Origin: Parabacteroides distasonis
GTDB lineage: Bacteria > Bacillota > Clostridia > Lachnospirales > Lachnospiraceae
Direction of reading: 5' to 3'
Assembly: GCA_963589425.1 (NCBI GenBank)
Contig: CAVAKZ010000003.1
Coordinates: 10,839 to 74,838 of the forward strand
DNA: 64,000 nucleotides
This document shows positions 34,954 to 45,275 of this stretch, in pieces; the first letter of the stretch is position 1, and each line of letters begins with the position of its first letter. The notes under the pieces were generated by a model that searched no databases, was not told where the DNA came from, and saw only the letters and a program-made list of their open reading frames with translations. The position numbers and the translations under genes were made by a program.

Positions 34954-36851
34954 ACACCTACAATATAGATTTCCTTATTACTGCCTTTTTTATCTTAGCT
35001 TTAGTAATTCTCCATTTTATTCCTCATAAGAATTTGGAGGATATTAATAGCCGAACCTTTTGTATCTTTGCTTTTCTTGGCCTGGCGGACGTGGTGTTTG
35101 AACTTGTCAGCACCTATTATATTGCCACGGAAAACTATGGTATGGCAGCAACTTTTGTTAACACATTGTTCTATATGATGCAGGTGCTTTTACCCTTTAC
35201 ATTGGTGTGCTACATAGAATCTCTGCGGGAGAATCAGCTGCTTTCCATAGGAAGGTTATTTCTTTGGGGAATCCCAACCATAGGAATGCTTCTGGTAGTT
35301 CTTACTAATACATTTACAGGTCTTCTTTTTTCTTTTGATTCCGAAAAAGGCTATGTCCGGGGATCTTGCTATTTGCTGACTTATTTCTTCGCTCTGGCCA
35401 ATATTTTGGTGGCTTCTTTTATTGTGATTAGAGGAAGAAAAGAGCTTGGACGACAGAAAATAAAAACCCTGTGTGAGATTTTTGCGATAACCACTGTGGG
35501 GATTTTTGTTCAGCTGCAAAAAGGAGCTCTTCTGACTACAGGTTTTGGAGTAAGCCTGGGAGTCTTAGTATTATTTTTCACCCTTAATAATCCCTATGTT
35601 CATACAGACCATATGACGGGACTTTATGATAAGACCTATTTCGTTCGCCAGTGTAAGGAACTAATTGCCAGCGGACAGAAGTTTCATATTATCGAGGTGG
35701 AGCTTTACCAACTTCGCCATGTAAATCAAGTAGCAGGAAGCCGCCACGGAGATTATCTTTTGCAGATTGTATCCCAAAGATTAAGTGAAATATGTGGGCG
35801 GCGAGCTTTTCATATTAGCGGCAAGCGATTTGTGTTTCTGTTAAACAGCATTAAAGAGTACGAGGATTGCCTGGATTCTCTGGAAGAATTTTTTGATAGG
35901 CTACATCAGACAGAAGATGGAGTGATGGAATTCCCGGCTATTTTCAGTGGTATTATAAATGCCGGAAGATTAAACTCAGGGGAGGACATCCTGGACTATG
36001 GAGAGTATCTGGCTTCCTTGGCCGCTAGATCAGGGCCCACAGAGCTGGTGCAGGATGACAAGCAGACATTAGAAAATTTTCGATACGGCAAGAAGGTAGA
36101 GAGGTACCTTTATCAGGCAGTGGAAGAGAATTTTTTTGAAGTATATTTCCAGCCTATCTATGATCTGAAAGAAAAGAAGTTTGTAGCGGTAGAGGCACTG
36201 AGCCGCCTGAACCATCCGGAACTTGGCTTTATTCCTCCGGATGTATTTATCGTCCAGGCGGAGAAAAATGGTTTAATTACAAAGATCACCAATCTCCAGA
36301 TTGGCAGAATTTGCGAATTCATCAGAGACCATAGGGAATTAATGGGAAAACTTCAGAATGTTAAGATCAATCTGTCTCCTATGGATCTTTTGGCACCGGG
36401 AAGTGGACGGGAAAAAGTCGATATTATAAAATCCTATGGTCTTCCCTGTAATTGGTTTCAAATGGAAATTACAGAGACTGTTGCCACCCAGTACAGAGAT
36501 AGTCTCATGCCGGCAGTGGAAACTTTTGAGGAGGCAGGTATCGGACTTTGCCTGGATGATTTTGGTTCCGGTTATGCCAACCTAAATACCGTCACCCAGC
36601 AGCCCTTTCAGGTTATTAAATTAGATCGGTCCTTGCTATTTAGCATTTTGGAAGATGAAAAAGTAGCCACTTTCTATGAAAGTATTGTAGGAGCCTTCAA
36701 AAATATGGGATACTATTTAGTAGCTGAAGGGGTGGAGGCAAAAGAAGAGGTTGAACTTTTGGGACGATGGGGCGTAGACTTTATTCAGGGGTATTACTAT
36801 TCCAAACCTTTGCCGGCTGCAGACCTAGTGAAATTTATGGAAGAACATTAA
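34950..36851 (+). CDS. Membrane protein with a degenerate GGDEF-like domain and an intact EAL phosphodiesterase domain
   Basis: 'DHMTGLYDKTYF' with a degenerate 'ISGKRFVFLL' in place of GGDEF. EAL-domain motifs 'VEALSRL', 'MEITET', 'DDFGSGYANL', 'AEGVE' and 'QGYYYSKP'. The TTG start overlaps the upstream stop, with SD aggagg. Confidence 0.82.
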   Translation: MNTYNIDFLITAFFILALVILHFIPHKNLEDINSRTFCIFAFLGLADVVFELVSTYYIATENYGMAATFVNTLFYMMQVLLPFTLVCYIESLRENQLLSIGRLFLWGIPTIGMLLVVLTNTFTGLLFSFDSEKGYVRGSCYLLTYFFALANILVASFIVIRGRKELGRQKIKTLCEIFAITTVGIFVQLQKGALLTTGFGVSLGVLVLFFTLNNPYVHTDHMTGLYDKTYFVRQCKELIASGQKFHIIEVELYQLRHVNQVAGSRHGDYLLQIVSQRLSEICGRRAFHISGKRFVFLLNSIKEYEDCLDSLEEFFDRLHQTEDGVMEFPAIFSGIINAGRLNSGEDILDYGEYLASLAARSGPTELVQDDKQTLENFRYGKKVERYLYQAVEENFFEVYFQPIYDLKEKKFVAVEALSRLNHPELGFIPPDVFIVQAEKNGLITKITNLQIGRICEFIRDHRELMGKLQNVKINLSPMDLLAPGSGREKVDIIKSYGLPCNWFQMEITETVATQYRDSLMPAVETFEEAGIGLCLDDFGSGYANLNTVTQQPFQVIKLDRSLLFSILEDEKVATFYESIVGAFKNMGYYLVAEGVEAKEEVELLGRWGVDFIQGYYYSKPLPAADLVKFMEEH

Positions 36852-36869
36852 GCGAGAGAGGTGTATGCA

Positions 36870-37739
36870 ATGAATATTAGACAATTATTGACTCAGGAGA
36901 AGCCTACCCTATCCTTTGAAGTATTTCCACCAAAGAAGGATGTGGATTTTGCAACAGTGGAGGAGGCTGCCTTTGGTATTGCGAAACTTAGGCCGGATTA
37001 TATGAGCGTAACCTATGGGGCCGGGGGAAGCACTAAAGGTCTCACTATTCGTCTGGCCGAAAGCATTCAAAGGGAGTATCAGGTTCCCACCATTGCCCAT
37101 TTGACCTGTGTATGTGCCGGAAGGGACAGCATTTTAAAGGCTCTTTTGGAAATGAAAGAGGCAGGGATCCAAAATATTTTGGCCCTCAGAGGAGACCTTC
37201 CTAAAAATTATGAGGGAGAGATTTTCACGGACTTTAGCCATGCATCAGAACTGGTAAGCTTTATTAAGGAGCAGGGAGATTATTGCGTAGGAGGGGCCTG
37301 CTATCCAGAGGTACACCCGGATTCTGCAAACAAATCTGAAGATCTTCAAGGACTTAGGAAGAAGGTGGATGCAGGATGTGAATATCTGACCACCCAAATG
37401 TTTTTTGACAATAATATTTTCTATAATTTCATGTATCGCCTAAGAGAGGAAGGAATCTTAGTGCCGGTGATTCCGGGAATCATGCCCATTACGAAAAGGG
37501 TCCAGGTGAAAAATGCAGTAAAACTTTCCGGTTGCAATGTGCCGGAACGATTTAAGAATATTGTAGATCGATTCGGAGATACAGAGGCCGCTATGCAGCA
37601 GGCAGGAATTGCCTACGCCACAGATCAGATCATTGATCTTTTGGCTAATGGGGTAAAACATATTCATGTGTATTCCATGAATAAACCGGAGGTGGCCCTG
37701 CAAATTCAAAAAAATATAGGGGAAATTATGAAGGTATAG
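36870..37739 (+). CDS. metF: Methylenetetrahydrofolate reductase
   Basis: 'LSFEVFPPK', 'MSVTYGAGGST', 'HLTC', 'NILALRGD' and 'YPEVHPD' are typical MetF motifs. Confidence 0.9.
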   Translation: MNIRQLLTQEKPTLSFEVFPPKKDVDFATVEEAAFGIAKLRPDYMSVTYGAGGSTKGLTIRLAESIQREYQVPTIAHLTCVCAGRDSILKALLEMKEAGIQNILALRGDLPKNYEGEIFTDFSHASELVSFIKEQGDYCVGGACYPEVHPDSANKSEDLQGLRKKVDAGCEYLTTQMFFDNNIFYNFMYRLREEGILVPVIPGIMPITKRVQVKNAVKLSGCNVPERFKNIVDRFGDTEAAMQQAGIAYATDQIIDLLANGVKHIHVYSMNKPEVALQIQKNIGEIMKV

Positions 37740-37797
37740 ACGGAAGTTTATGGATGTTAAAGTAAGCTTGCCTAGATGTTAAGATTTAGAAGTTTGG

Positions 37798-37827
37798 TTG
37801 AATTTATAGAGTCTTCTATAGTATAAT
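37798..37827 (+). promoter_or_regulatory. Candidate sigma-A promoter for pgi
   Basis: TTGAAT, 18-nt spacer, TATAAT, located 48 nt upstream of ATG 37876. Confidence 0.45.
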
Positions 37828-37875
37828 GACCAGGTTGAGGGAAAATCTAATAGGCAATTAAAGGAGGATTTAAAA

Positions 37876-39456
37876 ATGGCTTCATGGAAGAATTTGGATA
37901 CAATTGCTGCCTATGACAAACTTGCAAAAGTGGAAGCAGTGGATCTTAAGAAGGTTATGGAAGGTGCAAATGGCGCCGAGAGAGTAAAGAATTACTCTGT
38001 ACCTATGGCAGCCGGTATGGCATATAATTTTGCTGCAAAACAGGTAGATGATAAGGTGCTAGCTGCTTTGGCTGACCTGGCAAAAGAGACTGAGCTTACT
38101 GAGAAGTTTAAAGAATTATATAATGGCGCTGTGATTAATACAGGAGAGAACCGTCTGGTACTTCACCAGCTTACCAGAGGACAGCTTGGAGATGCTGTGG
38201 TTGCAGACGGAACAGATAAGCGAGCTTTTTATGTAGAACAGCAGGAGAAGATTGCTGACTTTGCCGCTAAAGTACATGCCGGAGAGATTACCAACGAGGC
38301 CGGAGAGAAATTTACTTCTGTAGTGCAGATTGGTATCGGTGGAAGTGACCTAGGACCAAGAGCTATGTACCTTGCTTTAGAGAACTGGGCAAAGGTAAAT
38401 CATACTTTCAAAATGGAAGCGAAGTTTATTAGTAACGTAGACCCGGATGATGCCTCTGCTGTTTTATATGGGTTGGACGTAGCTCATTCTATATTTATCT
38501 TGGTTTCAAAGTCAGGAACAACTCTTGAGACTTTAACCAATGAGTCCTTTGTAAAGGATGCCCTTGTAAAAGCTGGACTGAATCCTTCAAAGCATATGAT
38601 CGCAGTAACCAGTGAGACTTCACCTCTTGCAAAGAGTGATGATTATCTGGCAGCCTTCTTTATGGATGACTACATCGGAGGCCGTTTCTCTTCTACTTCA
38701 GCAGTAGGAGGAGCAGTACTATCCTTAGCATTTGGACCTGATATTTTTGCAAGATTCTTACAGGGAGCAGCAGAAGAAGACCTTCTTGCAAAGAATGAAA
38801 ATCTTATGGAGAACCCTGCAATGTTAGATGCTCTGATCGGTGTTTATGAGAGAAATGTCTTGGGATATGCCGCAACAGCAGTTCTTCCATATTCTCAGGC
38901 TCTTAGCCGATTCCCGGCACATTTACAGCAGGCAGATATGGAGTCTAATGGTAAGTCTGTCAATCGTTTTGGCGAACCTGTTAATTACAAGACCGGACCG
39001 ATTATCTTCGGAGAGCCGGGAACTAACGGACAGCATTCCTTCTATCAGCTCTTACACCAGGGAACTGATATTATTCCTCTTCAGTTTGTTGGATTTAAGA
39101 ACAACCAGATGGAGAGTGATGTAGTGATCCAGGATAGCACCAGCCAGCAGAAGCTTTGCGCAAATGTAGTGGCTCAGATCGTAGCTTTTGCCAGCGGAAA
39201 AGCTGATGAGAACCGTAACAAGAACTTCGAAGGCGGACGCCCATCCAGCATTATTGTTGGAGACAAACTGACACCGGAGGCTCTTGGAGCCTTACTTTCC
39301 CACTTTGAGAATAAGATCATGTTCCAGGGATTTGTATGGAACCTAAACAGCTTCGATCAGGAGGGTGTACAGTTAGGAAAAGTTCTGGCAAAGAAGGTTC
39401 TGGCTCATGAGACAGATGGGGCCTTAGCAGCTTACAGTGATCTGTTAAATATCTAA
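37876..39456 (+). CDS. pgi: Glucose-6-phosphate isomerase
   Basis: 'IGIGGSDLGPRA', 'VSKSGTTLETL', 'GGRFSSTSAVG' and 'MESNGK' are PGI family signatures. Length is 526 aa. Confidence 0.92.
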   Translation: MASWKNLDTIAAYDKLAKVEAVDLKKVMEGANGAERVKNYSVPMAAGMAYNFAAKQVDDKVLAALADLAKETELTEKFKELYNGAVINTGENRLVLHQLTRGQLGDAVVADGTDKRAFYVEQQEKIADFAAKVHAGEITNEAGEKFTSVVQIGIGGSDLGPRAMYLALENWAKVNHTFKMEAKFISNVDPDDASAVLYGLDVAHSIFILVSKSGTTLETLTNESFVKDALVKAGLNPSKHMIAVTSETSPLAKSDDYLAAFFMDDYIGGRFSSTSAVGGAVLSLAFGPDIFARFLQGAAEEDLLAKNENLMENPAMLDALIGVYERNVLGYAATAVLPYSQALSRFPAHLQQADMESNGKSVNRFGEPVNYKTGPIIFGEPGTNGQHSFYQLLHQGTDIIPLQFVGFKNNQMESDVVIQDSTSQQKLCANVVAQIVAFASGKADENRNKNFEGGRPSSIIVGDKLTPEALGALLSHFENKIMFQGFVWNLNSFDQEGVQLGKVLAKKVLAHETDGALAAYSDLLNI

Positions 39457-39550
39457 GAGTGTGTAACTGTTTGATCGCGAAGTTTGAATCTGGCACTTTG
39501 TGGCTGCATTTCGCCTCGGGCTTTTGCTTAAGCCTATAAAACAGGAATAT

Positions 39551-39597
39551 AAAAAGCTCCTGCAGTAACTTGTTTGATTACTGCAGGGGCCTTTGTT
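39551..39597. terminator. Bidirectional terminator between pgi and the M24 peptidase gene
   Basis: ctcctgcagtaa pairs with ttactgcagggg (one mismatch), flanked by aaaaag and cctttgtt. Confidence 0.65.
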
Positions 39598-39636
39598 AGC
39601 TTATGATATTTTTAATTGTTGCAGAACAAATTGAAT

Positions 39637-40722
39637 CTATCCTACAATTCTCCACTTCTTATCAACAGCATTTAATAATTCGTGGCCGTCCTCTGTAACT
39701 AGTACCAGATCCTCAATGCGAACACCGTATTTTCCTTCTAGATAGATACCTGGCTCAATAGAGAAAATCATACCTGGTTTTGCTTCATTCTTGTTGATCG
39801 GACTTACATCTCCGTATTCATGATCTTCCTGACCGATGAAATGTCCCAGACGGATTCGCCAGTACTCACTGTAACCTGCCTCGTCAATTAAGTCTCTGGC
39901 CTGAGCATCAATATCACAGAAACGTACTCCGGGTTTAATAACAGCCTCAGCTTTTAAAACAGCTTGGCGAACCAGATCGTGAATTGCTTTCTGCTCTTCA
40001 TCTACTTCCTTACAGTAGAAGGTCCTGGTCATGTCTGAACAGTATCCCTTCCAAACACATCCCATGTCAATGAGCACACATTCGCCGGCAGCTAATTTTC
40101 TTGTATCACTTGGTTCATGGTGCTGGTCTGCGGCATTAGGTCCAAAGCAAACGATTGTATCGAAACTTACGCCGCTGGCCCCTTCTTTTAAATACTCTGA
40201 GTCAATAAAGTTGGCAACTTCCTTCTCGGTCATGCCTTCTTTGATAAAATCAGCTACCCGTTCCATAACCTTATCGTTGATAATGGAAGCTTCCTTCATG
40301 ATCTGAATTTCTTCCGGTGTTTTAACGGCTCTTACATCATCAATGCAATCAGAACCCCAGATGGTTTTAAGTTTAGGGCATCTCTCCTGAAGGGGGATTA
40401 AGAAGCGTGCCGGCCAGGTCTTGTCAATACCAAGAACTCCTTCTGTATCAATGTGGTCCATAAGAACGCCGATCTGATCGTCCATATCACTAAACCAGAC
40501 TTCCTCCAGTCCGGTATTAGAAACATAATACAGGTAATTGAAGAAGAAGGTATGTTTTCCGTTGGTTCTAAGAAGAAGAGCATAAAGTCTCTCTCCCGGA
40601 TTTACCATAACTCCTGTTAAAATGTTGATGCTTAAAGGATCAGAAACCAGAAATTGGTCGATTCCTTTTTCCTTCATTTTTTCTAAAACGCGATTAATTC
40701 TTTCGTTATCCATTTTTTGCAT
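39637..40722 (-). CDS. M24-family Xaa-Pro aminopeptidase/dipeptidase
   Basis: Creatinase-like N-domain plus a pita-bread fold with 'VLIDMGC', 'YCSDMTRTF', 'GHFIGQEDHE', 'FSIEPGIY' and 'VRIEDLV' metal-ligand motifs. Confidence 0.88.
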   Translation of the reverse strand: MQKMDNERINRVLEKMKEKGIDQFLVSDPLSINILTGVMVNPGERLYALLLRTNGKHTFFFNYLYYVSNTGLEEVWFSDMDDQIGVLMDHIDTEGVLGIDKTWPARFLIPLQERCPKLKTIWGSDCIDDVRAVKTPEEIQIMKEASIINDKVMERVADFIKEGMTEKEVANFIDSEYLKEGASGVSFDTIVCFGPNAADQHHEPSDTRKLAAGECVLIDMGCVWKGYCSDMTRTFYCKEVDEEQKAIHDLVRQAVLKAEAVIKPGVRFCDIDAQARDLIDEAGYSEYWRIRLGHFIGQEDHEYGDVSPINKNEAKPGMIFSIEPGIYLEGKYGVRIEDLVLVTEDGHELLNAVDKKWRIVG

Positions 40723-40987
40723 TCCTCCTGCTTAAAATAATCTGTATTTATTTTAGCACAATGGCTTTTTGAAAACTACGAAAAGAAAAATAGAAAAATA
40801 AATTAAACTCTGGTTTGTACAGGAAGAGATTATTGGCCTTTAAAAAATGGCTGGGGAGGTGGATTTTGAGCTGTTTCTAGAGTTTGGTTGAAAGAAAGGG
40901 CGTTTTATGGTAAAATTTAGAGGTTAATGTTATGAAAAAGACTAGCAGATGTGAGATTTTATTTCACGATTCAAAGAAAGGACAAGT

Positions 40988-41896
40988 ATGAAACCAACAT
41001 TAATTATAATGGCAGCGGGTATTGGATCTAGATTTGGAACCGGTATCAAACAGTTGGCTAAGATGGGGAAGAATGGCGAAGTGATCATGGATTATTCCAT
41101 TTACGACGCCAAAGAGGCCGGATTTGAGAAGGTTGTTTTTATCATTCGCAAAGATATCGAAGAAGAATTTAGAGAAGTAATCGGAGATCGTATTGCAAAA
41201 CAGATCGAAGTGGAATATGTATATCAGTCAGTAGATGATCTTCCGGAAGGATTTGAGGCTAACGGACGCACCAAACCTTGGGGAACCGGCCAGGCCATCC
41301 TTTGCTGTAAGGACGTAGTAAAGGATCCTTATGTAATTATCAATGCAGATGATTACTATGGAAAACAGGCATTTAAACTCCTCCATGATTTTTTGGTAGA
41401 GACTCCCAATAAAGCTGATACCTATACCATGGGAATGGCTGGATTTATTTTAAAGAATACCTTAAGTGAGAATGGAACAGTTACAAGAGGTCTCTGTAAG
41501 ACCGATGCAGAGGGAATGCTTGCAGATGTATATGAGACTCATGAGATTAAGAAAGAGGCGGACGGCACAATGAGCTGCAAGGAGCCAGAGATGCAGGAGT
41601 GGATTAGCGAGGATCTTAATGTATCCATGAACATGTGGGCAGGCTTCCCGGATTTCATTGAATATCTGGAAGAGGGATTCACAGAGTTTTTAAAGAATCT
41701 GGAATCAGAGACTGCTGAGTATTTGCTTCCTACTATCGTAGGTCAGCTTTTGGAAGAGAAAAAAGCTACGGTTAAGGTCTTAGAAACTACTGATCGCTGG
41801 ATAGGAATTACTTACAAAGAGGATGTGGCATTAGCCCAGAAATCCTTTGAAAAGATGATTCGGGATGGAATTTATCCTGAAAAATTGTGGGATTAA
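40988..41896 (+). CDS. Sugar-phosphate nucleotidyltransferase-family protein
   Basis: N-terminal 'LIIMAAGIGSRFG..IKQL' G-x-G-[ST]-R motif of NTP-transferases. It lies immediately upstream of glmS. Confidence 0.7.
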   Translation: MKPTLIIMAAGIGSRFGTGIKQLAKMGKNGEVIMDYSIYDAKEAGFEKVVFIIRKDIEEEFREVIGDRIAKQIEVEYVYQSVDDLPEGFEANGRTKPWGTGQAILCCKDVVKDPYVIINADDYYGKQAFKLLHDFLVETPNKADTYTMGMAGFILKNTLSENGTVTRGLCKTDAEGMLADVYETHEIKKEADGTMSCKEPEMQEWISEDLNVSMNMWAGFPDFIEYLEEGFTEFLKNLESETAEYLLPTIVGQLLEEKKATVKVLETTDRWIGITYKEDVALAQKSFEKMIRDGIYPEKLWD

Positions 41897-41945
41897 TCTT
41901 TGGATAGGCCCGCAATTATGGGTTTTATAAGAGGAGGAAAATGAT

Positions 41946-43784
41946 ATGTGTGGAATCGTAGGATTCACAGGCAATCGCCAGGCGGCTCCAATTCTTTTGG
42001 ATGGATTGTCAAAACTAGAATATAGGGGATATGATTCGGCAGGGATTGCTGTGAGAGATGGTGTGGCTCAGGCAGAGGTTATTAAGGCAAAGGGACGCTT
42101 GAAGGCTTTGGTGGAGAAAACCAATGGGGGCGCCAGCGTTCCGGGAACTTGTGGAATTGGACATACCAGATGGGCGACCCATGGAGAGCCTTCTGAAGAT
42201 AATGCTCATCCACACTGCTCCGATGATGGTAATGTAGTGGCAGTTCACAATGGTATTATTGAAAACTATCAGGAACTGAAAGAAAAATTGACCAGAAAAG
42301 GATATAAGTTCTACTCTGAGACAGATACAGAAATTGCAGTAAAGCTTATTGATTATTACTATAAGAAATATGAGGGAACACCTGTAGATGCAGTGAATCA
42401 TGCCCTGGTTCGTATTCGTGGTTCCTATGCCCTTGCAGTACTATTTAAAGATTATCCGGAGGAGATTTATGTAGCCCGCAAGGATAGCCCAATGATTCTG
42501 GGAGTGGCTGATGGGGAGTCCTTCATTGCTTCCGATGTTCCAGCAATTTTAAAATATACAAGAAATGTTTACTATATCGGCAACCTTGAGATGGCCAGAG
42601 TAAGAAAAGGTGAGATCACTTTTTACAACCTGGACGGAGAGGAAATCCAAAAAGAAGCTAAGCTTATCGAGTGGGATACTGAGGCTGCAGAGAAGGCTGG
42701 ATATGAGCATTTCATGATCAAGGAGATCCATGAGCAGCCAAAGGCTATTGCGGATACTCTCAATTCTGTACTTAAGGATGGCCAGATTGATCTGTCTGAG
42801 GTGGGACTGGATGATGATGCCATTAAAGAGATTAACCAGATTTATATTGTGGCTTGTGGTTCCGCATACCATGTAGGTGTGGCTGCCCAGTACGTTATTG
42901 AAGATCTGGCAAGAATCCCGGTGAGAGTGGAGCTTGCTTCTGAATTCCGTTACCGCAGACAGCTTCTGCATCCCAAGGATTTAGTAGTAATTATCAGTCA
43001 GTCCGGAGAGACTGCCGACAGTTTGGCGGCCCTAAGGGCATCTAAGGCTCAGGGAGTTAGGACTTTAGGTATTGTCAATGTAATTGGTTCTTCCATTGCA
43101 AGAGAAGCTGACAATGTATTCTATACTCTTGCAGGACCGGAGATTTCCGTTGCAACCACCAAGGCTTACAGCACACAGCTCATTGCAACTTACGCCTTAG
43201 CCTTGCAGTTTGCAAAGGTAAGAGAAAATATAGACGAGGACCAGTATGCTTCTTATATTTCAGAGATGCAGGCTATTCCGGAGAAGATCAAGAAGATCAT
43301 TGAAGATAAAGAGAGAATCCAGTGGTTTGCTTCCAAGCAGGCCAACAGCAGGGATGCCTTTTTTATCGGACGTGGAATTGACTATGCTACCTGTTTGGAG
43401 GGTAGCTTGAAGATGAAGGAAATCAGCTATGTTCACAGCGAGGCCTATGCGGCGGGAGAATTAAAGCATGGAACTATTTCTCTTATTGAGGATGGAACCC
43501 TAATGATCGGCGTGTTGACCCAGCCGGACCTTTATGAGAAAACCATCAGTAACATGGTAGAGTGTAAGAGCCGAGGAGCATACCTTATGGGAGTGACCAC
43601 CTACGGTAATTACAGCATTGAGGACAGTGCAGACTTTGTAATTTACATTCCTCAGATAGATCCCCATTTTGCTACCTCTTTGGCAGTGATTCCCTTACAG
43701 CTCCTAGGATACTATGTATCCGTATCTAAGGGATTGGACGTAGATAAGCCGAGAAATTTGGCGAAGAGTGTAACTGTTGAATAA
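41946..43784 (+). CDS. glmS: Glutamine--fructose-6-phosphate aminotransferase
   Basis: 'MCGIVGF' N-terminal nucleophile, two SIS domains ('SQSGETADSL'), C-terminal 'NLAKSVTVE'. Length is 612 aa. Confidence 0.95.
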   Translation: MCGIVGFTGNRQAAPILLDGLSKLEYRGYDSAGIAVRDGVAQAEVIKAKGRLKALVEKTNGGASVPGTCGIGHTRWATHGEPSEDNAHPHCSDDGNVVAVHNGIIENYQELKEKLTRKGYKFYSETDTEIAVKLIDYYYKKYEGTPVDAVNHALVRIRGSYALAVLFKDYPEEIYVARKDSPMILGVADGESFIASDVPAILKYTRNVYYIGNLEMARVRKGEITFYNLDGEEIQKEAKLIEWDTEAAEKAGYEHFMIKEIHEQPKAIADTLNSVLKDGQIDLSEVGLDDDAIKEINQIYIVACGSAYHVGVAAQYVIEDLARIPVRVELASEFRYRRQLLHPKDLVVIISQSGETADSLAALRASKAQGVRTLGIVNVIGSSIAREADNVFYTLAGPEISVATTKAYSTQLIATYALALQFAKVRENIDEDQYASYISEMQAIPEKIKKIIEDKERIQWFASKQANSRDAFFIGRGIDYATCLEGSLKMKEISYVHSEAYAAGELKHGTISLIEDGTLMIGVLTQPDLYEKTISNMVECKSRGAYLMGVTTYGNYSIEDSADFVIYIPQIDPHFATSLAVIPLQLLGYYVSVSKGLDVDKPRNLAKSVTVE

Positions 43785-43805
43785 GGGATTGTAGAATCAA
43801 TATAG

Positions 43806-43849
43806 AACCGACTGTAGAGTCTCTAAGTAGATGATACAGTCGGTTTTTG
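43806..43849 (+). terminator. Rho-independent terminator after glmS
   Basis: aaccgactgta (43806-43816) pairs with tacagtcggtt (43835-43845), followed by a T-run. Confidence 0.75.
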
Positions 43850-44246
43850 CGTTATAGAAAATTTGGACGAAAGTCTTTATTATAAAAAGTCAGAAAATTC
43901 TGAATAAATAAAAATAAATAAAAAGATTGCAAAAAATAGTTGACATAGGTCGGAAAAAGTATTAACATATAGCCATACAAAAGAAACGGAGCATTACATG
44001 ATAAGGGAAATTTATTCCAGAGATGATTATTAGTAAGTATTGCAGTTCGATTCTTAGAAAATGGAGGGTGGTCCAATGGGACACTAATCTAACTTAAAAA
44101 CAATATAATAGAAGTCGGAGGTTATACAGTGAAGCTTTTGATTATTCCTTAAAAGGGCTATCTGATCATTCAAAAAGAAGATCCGATAGCCCTTAACCAT
44201 GTCATAAAATAAATAACATCTGTTTTGAATTTCCGGAAGATCAGAA

Positions 44247-45275
44247 GTGACCTGTAAAAATATTATGAAAAAGAAATTATTAGCAATGCTCCTTGCAATG
44301 TCAGTTGCCTGCAGTCTTGCTGCATGTGGTCAGCAAAGGGACACATCCAAAAGTGATACAGAAAAGACGGAAAATGCGGAAAGCACGGGAAGTACGGAAG
44401 GTGACAAGGAAACGACTACAGATTCATCTGATCAGAAGACGAATTCTGAAACTTCAGAAGAAGTTGAAAAAAAAGAGGATGCTGCAAGACAGGAGAGCCA
44501 ACAAAATCAGCAGACCAAGGAGCAGAAGACAGAGATTCAGGCCTTTATTGATTCGGATTTGGAATATGCGATGAAGCAGTTGGCTGCAAATTACGAAAGT
44601 GCCCACCCAGATGTGGAAGTCATCTATAATGTGGATTCCTCAGTAAGCCTCATGCCCCAGATTCAGGCAGGTATTCCCTGTGATCTTTATTTTTCCGGGA
44701 CTGAGTCTCAGATGGAAAACCTTAGAAATAGTGGCTGGATCATCTCAGATGCTTATACCAATGTAGTGGGAGACAATCTGATCGTGATCGGGAAAAAGGG
44801 AAGCACAAGAACGGTGACAAGCCTGGAAAATATTGCCGATGCAGGAAGCATTGCTTTGGCCAAGGGAAGCCTTTCGCTGGGAGTATATACCAGAAGAGCC
44901 ATGGTAGTATCTGGATTGATCATAGAGACAGATGATTTGTCGGCTATCACTGCTGCTGAGATTTCGGACCAGTTAAATGGAACCACAATCCAGGAAAAAG
45001 ATAGTGGTGCCCAGATAATATCCGCAGTGACAGATGGAAGCTGTGAGGTAGGATGTGTGCTTTATTCGGATATTTGTGGCTATGAGGATAAGTTGGACGT
45101 GCTGCAGACTTTAGGAAATGATTATTCCGGAAGAATCGTATATTCACTTGCCCAGATAAAAAATGAGAAAGCCAGCCAGGAGGAGTCTGCTGCGGCCGCA
45201 GCATTTATGGAATATATAAAAAGTCAGGAAGCTGCCACAGTATTTAGCCAGTGTCATTTTTGGACGATACAGTAA
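44247..45275 (+). CDS. ModA-like (molybdate/tungstate-type) substrate-binding lipoprotein with a long acidic Ser/Thr/Glu-rich linker
   Basis: Lipobox 'LLAMSVACSLAAC', then about 70 aa of low-complexity linker. The core 'AFIDSDLEYAMKQLAANYESAHPDVEVIYNVDSSVSLMPQIQAGIPCDLYFSG' resembles the ModA N-lobe. Alternative start is ATG 44265. No modB/modC gene is adjacent. Confidence 0.6.
   Translation: MTCKNIMKKKLLAMLLAMSVACSLAACGQQRDTSKSDTEKTENAESTGSTEGDKETTTDSSDQKTNSETSEEVEKKEDAARQESQQNQQTKEQKTEIQAFIDSDLEYAMKQLAANYESAHPDVEVIYNVDSSVSLMPQIQAGIPCDLYFSGTESQMENLRNSGWIISDAYTNVVGDNLIVIGKKGSTRTVTSLENIADAGSIALAKGSLSLGVYTRRAMVVSGLIIETDDLSAITAAEISDQLNGTTIQEKDSGAQIISAVTDGSCEVGCVLYSDICGYEDKLDVLQTLGNDYSGRIVYSLAQIKNEKASQEESAAAAAFMEYIKSQEAATVFSQCHFWTIQ

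Noticed and set aside
41897-41945. glmS ribozyme upstream of glmS
   Set aside because: Only 49 nt separate glmS from the upstream gene. Neither this spacer nor 40723-40987 shows the conserved ribozyme core, so glmS appears co-transcribed with the nucleotidyltransferase gene.
44293-44574. 93-aa alternative-frame ORF (Arg/Lys-rich) inside the ModA-like gene
   Set aside because: It is a frame-shifted reading of the purine-rich linker region. It is fully contained in a better-supported lipoprotein frame.
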